Virus record (IMG/VR): IMGVR_UViG_2974555854_000001
Location: 1 to 64,000 of that record
DNA: 64,000 nucleotides
Origin: a virus
Lineage: Duplodnaviria > Caudoviricetes
Direction: 5' to 3' (one strand)
Below are positions 1-8,346 of the stretch, one piece after another (the stretch's first letter is position 1; each line of letters begins with the position of its first letter). Below the pieces are notes generated by a model. It had not been told where the DNA came from and did not search any database. It saw only the letters and a list, made by a program, of their open reading frames with translations. The position numbers and the translations under genes are program-made.

Positions 1-485
1 CTTCAGGTCGCGCGATCTGTTACCCTAACCGCTACTATAGCCTAAAAAAATGCTTAAAAAAATATGCGTAAATGTTGGGCCATATACGGTCTTATATATG
101 GGCTTCTTATAAGATAACTTATAGGAAATTACTGCAACGGCGGGTACTTTACATTGTTTTTCGTAAAATTTGATAAAAACGTTCCGTACTCCCCGCTAAT
201 TACTATCGGCCAATTTTCCCCTTCGAGTAACTAATTTTTCTCGAATAAATCCCCGAATATTTACGAGTAGTAGCTAAATATGACCAGGAATAGCAGAAGG
301 GGGGTACTTTTACAAATAAGAAATAATCGACTTTTTCTTGATTTATCGGGCTTTTTTTATATTTTTTTGTGACATATAGCGAATAATAGCTTCTTATAAA
401 TGTTCGGTAAAATAGGTTAAGTAATAGAACGAGTAAAATGTGTGTATGATAATAGAAATAACTTACCAGGAAAGGATGATCCGGA

Positions 486-707
486 ATGATGGAAAAATAT
501 TATGTGATTAAGGTAATTAACACTGAATACGCTCCTATAAGACATTGGTATCGAAGAAAAGAAGGGGAACTTTTTATCGTAAGAAAGATACACGATCAGG
601 AACGATATATAACGAATGGATTTATCAATGAAGATTGTGCTCAAGGTGAAATAGATGATTTTTATTGCCAAATAATCACCGAATTCGAAATGAAGGACGA
701 ATATTAA
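486..707 (+). CDS. hypothetical protein
   Basis: 73-aa ORF with AGGA RBS; first gene of the + early cluster. Confidence 0.6.
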   Translation: MMEKYYVIKVINTEYAPIRHWYRRKEGELFIVRKIHDQERYITNGFINEDCAQGEIDDFYCQIITEFEMKDEY

Positions 708-763
708 TCTTTACAACGAGTTATAGGCCGGTTATAATGAAGATAATTCCAATTAGGGGGTAG

Positions 764-1252
764 TTGTTAATGAGCAAACAAGTTAAGTTATCTGAATTGA
801 AGGATTACGCTTTTATCGGTCATGATGGTGAAGTTATCACAAAGGAAAAAGCACTTGAATTATTAAAGCAAGGTAAAGCTGGTGCAATGGTAGCTGTTAG
901 CGATGAATATATCCAGGATGTTCTTACAAAAATCTATAATGACGTTAATGTTGGTATTGAAAAAGAAATGTATTCATCAGATGTACCTTGTGATCCGGTA
1001 GTTATCGATTATCTACCTAAAGAAATTCGTTTTACAGGTGATGCAAGTGATTTATTCGATTACTTTGATCTAACAACAGATAAAACGTACAAAACTATCT
1101 ATAACGATGATATGGACGTAAATATTTTCAGGGATAGCGGCGTTTTAGTGGTGTTAGATGATGCAAATGATGAACACGAGATACTTGTAGGTGATTATGA
1201 TATCTTATCACTGGTAACTGAAGAAGAGGTGAGTAAAACATGGAAGAAATAA
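764..1252 (+). CDS. hypothetical protein
   Basis: 162-aa acidic ORF, GGGGG RBS, genome-typical codon use. Confidence 0.65.
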   Translation: MLMSKQVKLSELKDYAFIGHDGEVITKEKALELLKQGKAGAMVAVSDEYIQDVLTKIYNDVNVGIEKEMYSSDVPCDPVVIDYLPKEIRFTGDASDLFDYFDLTTDKTYKTIYNDDMDVNIFRDSGVLVVLDDANDEHEILVGDYDILSLVTEEEVSKTWKK

Positions 1253-1422
1253 CTTGTCCTCACTGTTCACATGGTTATCATGAATGGTGGGAATTATTAG
1301 ATTTCGAAAAGGATGACCAGCAATTTAATATGCCATGTGATGAATGTGGAAAAGAATTTGGTGTGAAAGTTGAAGTTGTTCGCACGTTTCATACGTCAAA
1401 AGATTTATTGGAAGATGAATAA
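1240..1422 (+). CDS. small zinc-ribbon protein
   Basis: CPHC...CDEC motifs; GAGGTG RBS. Confidence 0.65.
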   Translation: MEEITCPHCSHGYHEWWELLDFEKDDQQFNMPCDECGKEFGVKVEVVRTFHTSKDLLEDE

Positions 1423-1499
1423 TGCTATTCGCTATTGGTATGTTAATCGGAATAGTCATTGGATTAGCAGTTGCGTTATTAATGGATGAATGGGAGTGA
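1422..1499 (+). CDS. 25-aa membrane peptide (not in ORF track)
   Basis: MLFAIGMLIGIVIGLAVALLMDEWE; TAATG stop/start coupling to the upstream gene. Confidence 0.5.
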   Translation: MLFAIGMLIGIVIGLAVALLMDEWE

Positions 1500-1503
1500 T
1501 AAA

Positions 1504-1662
1504 ATGACAGTAAAAGAATTGATCGAAATGTTAAATGAACGCACTTACAATGATGATGACAATGTAGTAATCGAAGCTGGTGCTTATGATTTTGAAATTG
1601 TCGAAGTGTACAAGGATGGTAAAGGTGATATTTGCTTAGTAAAAGGCGGCGATGAATTATGA
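1504..1662 (+). CDS. hypothetical 52-aa protein (not in ORF track)
   Basis: MTVKELIEML... start; GGAGTGA RBS. Confidence 0.6.
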   Translation: MTVKELIEMLNERTYNDDDNVVIEAGAYDFEIVEVYKDGKGDICLVKGGDEL

Positions 1663-1808
1663 GAATGATCGAAAATTTAGAACCTCAAGAATCGTACCTT
1701 ATCGGAAACGGAAATATGTTGAAGATATTCGTTATTCCAATGACAGGGGCGCGATTATTCGTTGTATATGATCCGTACGGCGAAATAAAAGCGGTGACTT
1801 CACAATGA
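1659..1808 (+). CDS. hypothetical 49-aa protein (not in ORF track)
   Basis: ATGA overlap with the previous gene; MRMIENLEPQES... Confidence 0.5.
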   Translation: MRMIENLEPQESYLIGNGNMLKIFVIPMTGARLFVVYDPYGEIKAVTSQ

Positions 1809-1990
1809 GCATAGCAAATATTATATTTTATGTAATCGGTACGTAGTGGTCATTAAATTTTATGTTTAAAGCAGCTAAAGAAGGCAAAGTATTGAAATTA
1901 CTTATATTTTGGTTATGTTCGGTTTGGTTAGTAGCTTGCATATTCTTTGAAATTAAAGGGTGGGACTATTTAGATGTCATCAAAAAGTAA
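1805..1990 (+). pseudogene. small membrane protein interrupted by in-frame TAG (1844-1846)
   Basis: ATGA-coupled start; MSIANIIFYVIGT*WSLNFMFKAAKEGKVLKLLIFWLCSVWLVACIFFEIKGWDYLDVIKK; the hydrophobic frame continues past the stop. Confidence 0.55.
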
Positions 1991-2360
1991 ATTTAAGCCG
2001 TTGGAAGTAGGGGATCGTGTATTTATCGAAAGTAGAAGCTTCTATGATCGACAAAGACCTTCTTTACAGGAAAATATCGTAATTGAAGCAAATAGAAGCA
2101 GCGCTTATATATGTCCAGTATACGGTAACAGACCTAAATATACAGAAAAACGCTTCTGTAAAAGGGTTCAACAGAAAGACGGTAAAGTAATCGCTGTTTT
2201 AGCAGGATATCATGATATTTTGTGGAGATCAGAAGAACAATTTAATCGATATTACATGATGGTTGAACGTAAGAAGCAATACATTCAGCAAGCTACTGAT
2301 AAATTGTACAAAATGTCAATAAAAGAACTAGAAGTATTCTTGGAGGTAAACAATGATTAA
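1974..2360 (+). CDS. hypothetical protein, beta-barrel-like N-terminus
   Basis: LEVGDRVFIE start motif; resembles the next gene. Confidence 0.6.
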   Translation: MSSKSKFKPLEVGDRVFIESRSFYDRQRPSLQENIVIEANRSSAYICPVYGNRPKYTEKRFCKRVQQKDGKVIAVLAGYHDILWRSEEQFNRYYMMVERKKQYIQQATDKLYKMSIKELEVFLEVNND

Positions 2361-2697
2361 ATACGATAGAGAAGAATGGTTATTGTCGCTTAAAGAAGGG
2401 GATTTAGTTGCTTTAGAAAGCGGTGGATGGGGATATAAGCATTTCCAGGTACAGAAAATAGCTAAAATCACTCCAACTAGAAGGTTCAATTTAGAAAGCG
2501 GAAGAAAATTCGATACTAGCGGTTTTTTAATGGGACATAGAGATAATTGGTCATCAAGGCCGGCTATTCGTCCATACGATCAATATGTAAAAGATCATTT
2601 AGAAAGAGAAGGTTTATTACTTACTATATCAAGAATGAATGCAAAAGACCTTCACCTGGATCAGTTAAGAGCTATTGTTAAAATTTTAGAAACATAA
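2353..2697 (+). CDS. hypothetical protein, beta-barrel-like N-terminus
   Basis: LKEGDLVALE...KIAKITPTRR; GGAGG RBS. Confidence 0.6.
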   Translation: MIKYDREEWLLSLKEGDLVALESGGWGYKHFQVQKIAKITPTRRFNLESGRKFDTSGFLMGHRDNWSSRPAIRPYDQYVKDHLEREGLLLTISRMNAKDLHLDQLRAIVKILET

Positions 2698-2698
2698 G

Positions 2699-2725
2699 CA
2701 GCGGATTAATTTCTGCTGTTTTTTT
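2699..2725 (+). terminator. intrinsic terminator
   Basis: CAGCGG-ATTAATTT-CTGCTG followed by a T run. Confidence 0.7.
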
Positions 2726-2787
2726 AATTTGTGTAATAATTGTTTCAAAGGTGGGTATGGTGTTAGTACAAAGGAGAGTGAGTTGTA

Positions 2788-2997
2788 ATGACAAATATTC
2801 AAGACGTTAAACGTGTACATGGTGGTTATATTCAAGGCGAGATCGTAAATAGCCAATTACATGTGCATAAAATTTTCGGATCAAAGTTAGAAGACACTGA
2901 TAATACTCGTTTAGGATTGAATCATGTTAATGGTATGATTAAAGAGCTTGAAATCATTCGTGATGCTATGGATTACAAGAAAAAAGGGGTTTTTTAA
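2788..2997 (+). CDS. hypothetical protein
   Basis: 69 aa, AAGGAG RBS. Confidence 0.6.
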   Translation: MTNIQDVKRVHGGYIQGEIVNSQLHVHKIFGSKLEDTDNTRLGLNHVNGMIKELEIIRDAMDYKKKGVF

Positions 2998-2999
2998 TT

Positions 3000-3242
3000 A
3001 TGAACAAGCCTGACCAGGAAAGAAACTTAGACATTTGTACTGAAATCAATGGTCAAATTGTCTATATCAATGATGTTTTCAAGCACCGCGACGTTGATTC
3101 TTTTATTCAAATCACTGGAATATCACATGATGACGAAATCGTAAATGACACTGAAATTTATTACTTAACACATGATGGTGAATCGGATTGGATGGTACTT
3201 GCTTATCTAATGGAGCATTATGAAAAGGTGGAGAGACTATAA
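3000..3242 (+). CDS. hypothetical protein
   Basis: 80 aa, directly after the previous gene. Confidence 0.6.
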   Translation: MNKPDQERNLDICTEINGQIVYINDVFKHRDVDSFIQITGISHDDEIVNDTEIYYLTHDGESDWMVLAYLMEHYEKVERL

Positions 3243-3383
3243 TGTTTATGGTTAATTGTGATGGGATAGGTTATTGTTCTGTTTATGGCGTTGAACGTAA
3301 AGGATTAGCAACATTCTTCCTTGTTTACGCGGAAAAAGAATGGAAATGGGTACTAGCTAAAGATTGTAGACCAGTTGATTAAA
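3242..3383 (+). pseudogene. small protein broken by a probable one-base insertion at 3299-3302
   Basis: MFMVNCDGIGYCSVYGVERK joins in the +1 frame to GLATFFLVYAEKEWKWVLAKDCRPVD across an AAAA run. Confidence 0.5.
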
Positions 3384-3593
3384 GGAGTGACAAAATTGAA
3401 CATTCTTGAGCATTATATTAAGTCAGTTATCAGCGTTAAGCCTTATACAGCTGAATGGACTAAGGAACATCCACATAACTTCTTGAAAATCACTGTAATT
3501 GCTAATTGTTATGGACGTGAACAAGAATACAATCTGATCCGCACTACTGAAGAGTGGGGCCAAATTGAGAAACAGGGGTATTTCATGGGATGA
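3375..3593 (+). CDS. hypothetical protein
   Basis: 72-aa ORF; true start probably a few codons downstream, after the AAGGAG. Confidence 0.6.
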   Translation: MIKGVTKLNILEHYIKSVISVKPYTAEWTKEHPHNFLKITVIANCYGREQEYNLIRTTEEWGQIEKQGYFMG

Positions 3594-3763
3594 AGAAGCA
3601 AAGATGGAGATTTACAAAAGGGCCGACTCGTAATTGGCAATGGGAATGTGAAGGTTGCGGAAAAAGGGATTGCACCAGCACATTAAGACTTCCTAAAGGG
3701 TGGCATTTCGGCGGTTATGGTATCGTATTTGTTAGTTGCAATTCATGTGGCCCACTAGAATAG
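3590..3763 (+). CDS. 57-aa zinc-finger protein (not in ORF track)
   Basis: MKKQRWRF...CEGCG...CNSCGPLE; ATGA overlap. Confidence 0.6.
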   Translation: MKKQRWRFTKGPTRNWQWECEGCGKRDCTSTLRLPKGWHFGGYGIVFVSCNSCGPLE

Positions 3764-3793
3764 ACATCAGGTGTAATATCCTGGTGTTTTTTT
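3764..3793 (+). terminator. intrinsic terminator
   Basis: ACATCAGG/CCTGGTGT stem plus T run. Confidence 0.7.
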
Positions 3794-3814
3794 CTTGCAA
3801 AGGAAAAGAAATGC

Positions 3815-3843
3815 TTGAAAGGCTTGTCTATAGGGATTATAAT
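3815..3843 (+). promoter_or_regulatory. sigma-A (early) promoter
   Basis: TTGAAA-N17-TATAAT with an A-rich upstream element. Confidence 0.8.
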
Positions 3844-3883
3844 TAATTTATAACCAAATAATCGTTAAGGGGGTTATAGTACC

Positions 3884-4081
3884 ATGAAAATTTTATATTA
3901 TTTGCTAGGTGCTGCTGCATTATTAGTGGGTACTATGTGTTTTGTTGAATCATATCACCACATAATGACAGGTAAATATGAAGCGGCTACAATGGGCATT
4001 TTCGGTGGCGTATTCAACTATTTAGCTTTTGTTGGATGCCTGTTTTTTGCTTCTGATTGTGACAATAGAAAAGAAGAATGA
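3884..4081 (+). CDS. small membrane protein
   Basis: two hydrophobic stretches. Confidence 0.6.
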   Translation: MKILYYLLGAAALLVGTMCFVESYHHIMTGKYEAATMGIFGGVFNYLAFVGCLFFASDCDNRKEE

Positions 4082-4117
4082 TTCATACCTGGTAAGGCTT
4101 ATTGATAGGAGGTTATT

Positions 4118-4357
4118 ATGAAAAGTAAAAATGAATATGGACACGATTTCTTAACACGTCCACGTAAAATGTCAAATGATGTAGTGAAGGTTACTAATTC
4201 ATCTTTTTTATGGCGATTTGACAAAGAAAACAAAGTATTTACGCTTAGTTATCTAGGTGTAGCTAATGGTTTCCTTAATCGAATCAACCTGGAATTATGT
4301 GCTGAAGTTGAAGATGGTCATATAAACAAATATATCCTAAGAAAGAGGGTACGTTAA
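4118..4357 (+). CDS. hypothetical protein
   Basis: AGGAGG RBS, 79 aa. Confidence 0.65.
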   Translation: MKSKNEYGHDFLTRPRKMSNDVVKVTNSSFLWRFDKENKVFTLSYLGVANGFLNRINLELCAEVEDGHINKYILRKRVR

Positions 4358-4358
4358 T

Positions 4359-4535
4359 TTGTTTGATTGGGATTATGTAGTGTTTGCTGTAGTTCGCATG
4401 GCTTTTGTTATGGGTATGGGTTTTTTATTTCATCTTTATTTTTCTGAAAAGGGTTTTTGGAAAAGTGCATTATTCTTAATTTTAGCTTTATTCGTATTAG
4501 ATATCATTATCAGTTTGGAGGACATTAGACCATGA
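4359..4535 (+). CDS. 58-aa membrane protein (not in ORF track)
   Basis: TTG start after AAAGAGG; two hydrophobic segments; ATGA overlap with the next gene. Confidence 0.5.
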   Translation: MFDWDYVVFAVVRMAFVMGMGFLFHLYFSEKGFWKSALFLILALFVLDIIISLEDIRP

Positions 4536-5296
4536 TAAATAGAACTGACAGTGAACGTTTAGAAGTGATTATTGAAAAGTTGGGCCAAATTGTTGATTTA
4601 TTAACGCCTAAAGAAACAAAAATCCAGGTGATGACTGTTGTTGATGCTCCTAGTGGTTTTAATATTGATAGTGATGGTAATGTAGAACTAAACGAAGCAA
4701 AAATAACTGAAATACCAAATACAATTGCTCAAGTAGTTAGAAGTACATTTTCACCTAGACATCCATTACCTAAACAAACACGAAAAAACGTAATCAGGTT
4801 TGCTAAAGATGCTCACCGTGTATTAGCAAGCAACGTGTTTCCAGGAGAAGACGGAATAGTTTATATGTATCGTGTTATGAAAGATGGTCAACGTACACGA
4901 ACTTGTTTAGCTGATTTTATAGTGGTTAAAGAAAAACGAAAAGTTATTTGCTTGTTAAAAGATATTGAAACAGGAAAAGTTGTAGCTAGAGGTATTGCTA
5001 AATGTGATCCGAAAGATGTTTTTAATGTTGATATCGGTTCAGCTATTGCTTTATATCGCGCTTTAGGATTGAACGTGCCGCTTGATTACTTAAATGTTCC
5101 TAATCCTACTGATTTTGAAACAGGCCAAATCGTTGAATGGTGTTCTAATTCAAAAGTAAAACCTAAATACCTAATTAAAAAGAGAGTCGATAACCATTAT
5201 TCGCTGAAGAACACAATAACAGGTGTTTCAGTTGACAACATTCGTTATGATGATGGTTTGAATGCCAATATAATTGAAGATGGAGTTGAAGTGTGA
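4532..5296 (+). CDS. conserved Bacillus-phage hypothetical protein
   Basis: ARGIAKCDPKDVFNVDIGSAIALYRALGL motif, recalled from Bacillus phage proteins. Confidence 0.65.
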   Translation: MINRTDSERLEVIIEKLGQIVDLLTPKETKIQVMTVVDAPSGFNIDSDGNVELNEAKITEIPNTIAQVVRSTFSPRHPLPKQTRKNVIRFAKDAHRVLASNVFPGEDGIVYMYRVMKDGQRTRTCLADFIVVKEKRKVICLLKDIETGKVVARGIAKCDPKDVFNVDIGSAIALYRALGLNVPLDYLNVPNPTDFETGQIVEWCSNSKVKPKYLIKKRVDNHYSLKNTITGVSVDNIRYDDGLNANIIEDGVEV

Positions 5297-5550
5297 TGGA
5301 AATACTTGATTTAACAATTAAAATTCTTGCTGCTGGATTAGCTGTTATTGGCGCTTTAGGTGGAACAGTTTTCTTAACGTATGCGATGAAACATATCAGT
5401 GAGAATAAAGAAGCTTCAGAAACATTCGATCATGATGAAGATATGGGAGCTTGCATTGAATATATCATGTATATGGTAACTTCAATCTTCTTCTATGCTG
5501 CTTCGATAGTTGGCCTGATCCTAATGGTTGCTTTAAAATTATTCATTTGA
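5293..5550 (+). CDS. membrane protein
   Basis: two transmembrane-like segments. Confidence 0.6.
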   Translation: MMEILDLTIKILAAGLAVIGALGGTVFLTYAMKHISENKEASETFDHDEDMGACIEYIMYMVTSIFFYAASIVGLILMVALKLFI

Positions 5551-5629
5551 CAAGTTATAGGAGCTGTATGTACAATGTGTATGTACGGCTCTTTTTATTT
5601 GGCCCTACCGACAAAGAGAGGATGATTAA

Positions 5630-5815
5630 ATGTCATTACAAACGATCTTATTAATTATTTTGCTACTTTATATGATCTACGGCGCTTATATCGGAAGAAG
5701 TTTTTATGAAACCGGTGATAAATCTTGGTCAGAAGTTTTCTATTGTGCTTCTTGTACGTTATTATGGCTACCATACGTTTTATGGTGGACTGCTTTTGAA
5801 AAGAACAAGGACTGA
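5630..5815 (+). CDS. small membrane protein
   Basis: GAGGA RBS; hydrophobic. Confidence 0.6.
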   Translation: MSLQTILLIILLLYMIYGAYIGRSFYETGDKSWSEVFYCASCTLLWLPYVLWWTAFEKNKD

Positions 5816-5834
5816 TTAATTTCAGTCTTTTTTT
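5810..5834 (+). terminator. intrinsic terminator
   Basis: GACTGA-TTAATT-TCAGTC plus T7. Confidence 0.7.
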
Positions 5835-5909
5835 ATTTGCTTAGAAAAAGAAATCCTGGTACATATTTCATGTTGGTTGTATAATGGTTATAACAAAGGA
5901 GGTTGTCCA

Positions 5910-6110
5910 ATGGCTGAAAAAGTTTCTGATGTAATGTATGCTGCTATTCATAAAGAGCTGAAGAAGTTCTTTGTCGGATCAGGCACTAAGGTAGCATTTT
6001 CTAAAAAACATCATCTTAAAACATCAATGACGTATCGAAAAGCTAATCATGATGATTACGAATTTTACGCTATTACTTCTGATGGTATTATGATGAAAGT
6101 AGAAAATTAA
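5910..6110 (+). CDS. hypothetical protein
   Basis: start moved to the ATG after AAAGGAGG (MAEKVSD...); TATAAT at 5880-5885 upstream. Confidence 0.65.
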   Translation: MAEKVSDVMYAAIHKELKKFFVGSGTKVAFSKKHHLKTSMTYRKANHDDYEFYAITSDGIMMKVEN

Positions 6111-6115
6111 TTTTT

Positions 6116-6144
6116 GACATAATTACGGATAAGCTGCATACTAT
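6116..6144 (+). promoter_or_regulatory. candidate mother-cell (sigma-E/K-like) promoter
   Basis: GACATAAT...CATACTAT; -10 fits CATA---T, spacer about 1 nt off consensus. Confidence 0.35.
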
Positions 6145-6165
6145 TTATTAAAGGAGCTGGTAAAG

Positions 6166-6291
6166 ATGAAAAATAACAAGTACGTCAAGAAAACGAAACG
6201 TGTGTTGTGGGACGGATCAATGATTATGTGTTTAGTCATCTTCTTCTTTATGGCAATAGGTGGATTAATATATTTCATTTCGAACCTCTAA
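6166..6291 (+). CDS. 41-aa single-pass membrane micropeptide (not in ORF track)
   Basis: AAAGGAG RBS; MKNNKYVKKTKRVLWDGSMIMCLVIFFFMAIGGLIYFISNL. Confidence 0.65.
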   Translation: MKNNKYVKKTKRVLWDGSMIMCLVIFFFMAIGGLIYFISNL

Positions 6292-6311
6292 TTAATTTTA
6301 GAGGTTTTTTT
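6283..6311 (+). terminator. intrinsic terminator
   Basis: AACCTCTA-ATTAATTT-TAGAGGTT plus T run. Confidence 0.75.
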
Positions 6312-6334
6312 ATTTTACATAGAAAAAGGAACGC

Positions 6335-6363
6335 TTGAACTGTATTACTATCTGTTATAAAAT
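6335..6363 (+). promoter_or_regulatory. sigma-A promoter
   Basis: TTGAAC-N17-TAAAAT, preceded by AGAAAAAGGAACGC, similar to the element before 3815. Confidence 0.65.
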
Positions 6364-6384
6364 AGTAAAAGAGGTGATACAAGG

Positions 6385-7101
6385 ATGGCAAGCCGTAAAA
6401 AACAGGGATTAGATAAGAAAAAATTACTTGCAGCAATGAAAAGATTCATCGGAACGACTCAAAACGATCCGGAATTCACAAAATACTTCAAAGTAGAAAA
6501 TGGTATCCATTATTCCGCAACGGATATGAAGAAGAATAACGCTATTGCAGCTTATATCTTTTTAGAAAACATTGAATTGTGGGAAAAGGGTACAGGGGTT
6601 GATTACTTCGCTAAACCGGAAACAGGTGAGAATATCAAGACAGTCAGTTCTATACCTGGATTTCCTGAAGTAAGGGGATTGTTTAGAGAAGGGTTTTTAA
6701 ACGGTTATAATGAGGTTATACTTAACTTAGATGATCTTGATGATTTCATAAAGCTTCACGAAGCGATGGAAAAGATATCGAAATTAAGCGGTAAAGATTT
6801 TGCTGCTGGATTTCATGTAATGGATTCTGAAGTTTGTTTTTGGAATGTACATTCAGCTGTTGATTTCAGTTACAAGTATAAGACGGATGTTACTTTTAAT
6901 GCTGATCCGAAAGTTCACCATTTCTTTTACGATCCGTTGGTTATGGTTAACATCTTCAAAGCGCTGAAAGATTTAAAAACTCTTACAACTTTAAAGATGC
7001 ATATAAAAGACAACAAAAGTCCGGTGTTCTTTACTGGAAACGATCATGACTACAAGGTTTACATGGCTATTCAAAGAAAAATAGTTAGGGATGGTGAATA
7101 A
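6385..7101 (+). CDS. DNA polymerase III beta-clamp-like protein (short)
   Basis: motifs SATD, GFPEVRGLF, FFYDPLVMVNIFKAL, KSPVFF parallel the clamp motifs ATD, FPDY, FNPKYLLDAL, LSP. Confidence 0.4.
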   Translation: MASRKKQGLDKKKLLAAMKRFIGTTQNDPEFTKYFKVENGIHYSATDMKKNNAIAAYIFLENIELWEKGTGVDYFAKPETGENIKTVSSIPGFPEVRGLFREGFLNGYNEVILNLDDLDDFIKLHEAMEKISKLSGKDFAAGFHVMDSEVCFWNVHSAVDFSYKYKTDVTFNADPKVHHFFYDPLVMVNIFKALKDLKTLTTLKMHIKDNKSPVFFTGNDHDYKVYMAIQRKIVRDGE

Positions 7102-7459
7102 GATGTTAGAAAAATTCATTCCGATGTTCGATATTGGTGAGAAGGTTATAACTGACGATGGTAGAGAAGGAAAGATAGTTGGTTGTAATGGTGATGTTCG
7201 TAAACGAAAGGGCCGCCAATGGGTTAATGAAAAATATATGGTTGAATTCAAAGATGGTTCTGAAAAGTGGATAAAGGTTGATGATCTTGAGCTGCTGATT
7301 GAATCGGATCACGAACCTGTTAAGGGCCTGGATAGTATCAACGGTTTACTGCAAGATTGTTTATTGTTATCAACTAAAGTACCGCTAGATGTCCGAATTA
7401 AGACCATCAAAGAAATGCAAAAAGGCGCTGAAGGTGAGGATTTAACATATGGATTATGA
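7091..7459 (+). CDS. SH3/Tudor-like barrel protein
   Basis: FDIGEKVITDDGREGKIVG...YMVEFKDGSEKWIKVDDLEL. Confidence 0.55.
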   Translation: MVNKMLEKFIPMFDIGEKVITDDGREGKIVGCNGDVRKRKGRQWVNEKYMVEFKDGSEKWIKVDDLELLIESDHEPVKGLDSINGLLQDCLLLSTKVPLDVRIKTIKEMQKGAEGEDLTYGL

Positions 7460-7646
7460 AATGACAGTTACTTACAAGAATGAAGAGGTAGATGTTTTTA
7501 ACGTACCTTTCGGTGCTCACGATTTGTTTCAATTTATTTCGATGGAATTAGATGCAATAATTTTCGATGATGAAGATGGAAAAGAACAAGTGATTTATCA
7601 AAGCGCTATCCAAAAGATTACGTTCCGTGATAAAGATGACGATTAA
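7449..7646 (+). CDS. hypothetical protein
   Basis: overlapping operon gene, 65 aa. Confidence 0.6.
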   Translation: MDYEMTVTYKNEEVDVFNVPFGAHDLFQFISMELDAIIFDDEDGKEQVIYQSAIQKITFRDKDDD

Positions 7647-8346
7647 TGAATTCTTAAATCAGATCGAAGAGTTCAATTCAGTAAATGAAAAGGTTCTCTT
7701 CTGTCAGAGCATCATCGACAACTCTTCAGATAAAGAAGTTGTACAAGCAGCTCAATCTTTCCTAGATTACACTAGGGATTGGGCTGTTTCTATGATCGAA
7801 AAGATCAAAGAAGGCGATGAAAATGCTTTTGACGAATTAATTAACGTTAAGGATATGCGTAATTTCATCCATCATTATGCTTATCACATCGATAAATTCC
7901 ATCACTTTAATTTTGACACAAATGAAATCGTGAATGAAATCATTGTACAAATGTTCTACCACGTTAAAAAGAATTACCGTATCTACCACGAACCGCATGA
8001 ATTAAGCTTGCTTATTGTTAGTATGCGCGGCTGGATCAGACAAAAGGTTTCGAAAATTCTAGTCGATAACAATATAGCTGATGGTCATGAAGAATTCAAT
8101 GAACGATCCGTTTCTGAAAAATGGAGAGACGAATCAGATATTACCCTGGAAGAAGTTTTAGAAAAATGCTTAACTGATGATGAAAGAATCGTTTTTGATT
8201 TACGTTTTCACGATGACTTAACCTTTGTGAAGATGGGCGAACAGTTAGGTAAAAGTAAAGATACCATGCAGCGTAAATATTTAGCAATTATAGATAAAAT
8301 TAAAAATTACTTGGAAAAAGTTAGTGATAAGGAGTGGTTAATGTGA
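7627..8346 (+). CDS. sigma-70-family RNA polymerase sigma factor (candidate late sigma)
   Basis: C-terminal region 4 LTDDERIVFDLRFHDDLTFVKMGEQLGKSKDTMQRK; divergent region-2-like middle. Confidence 0.65.
   Translation: MIKMTINEFLNQIEEFNSVNEKVLFCQSIIDNSSDKEVVQAAQSFLDYTRDWAVSMIEKIKEGDENAFDELINVKDMRNFIHHYAYHIDKFHHFNFDTNEIVNEIIVQMFYHVKKNYRIYHEPHELSLLIVSMRGWIRQKVSKILVDNNIADGHEEFNERSVSEKWRDESDITLEEVLEKCLTDDERIVFDLRFHDDLTFVKMGEQLGKSKDTMQRKYLAIIDKIKNYLEKVSDKEWLM

Noticed and set aside
1844-1846. Genome-wide amber (TAG) recoding
   Set aside because: TAG ends several coupled genes, long genes are not fragmented and no suppressor tRNA is visible.
2731-2758. Sigma-B-like promoter GTGTAA...GGGTAT
   Set aside because: The spacer (16 nt) is too long for the better -35 match; too weak to call.
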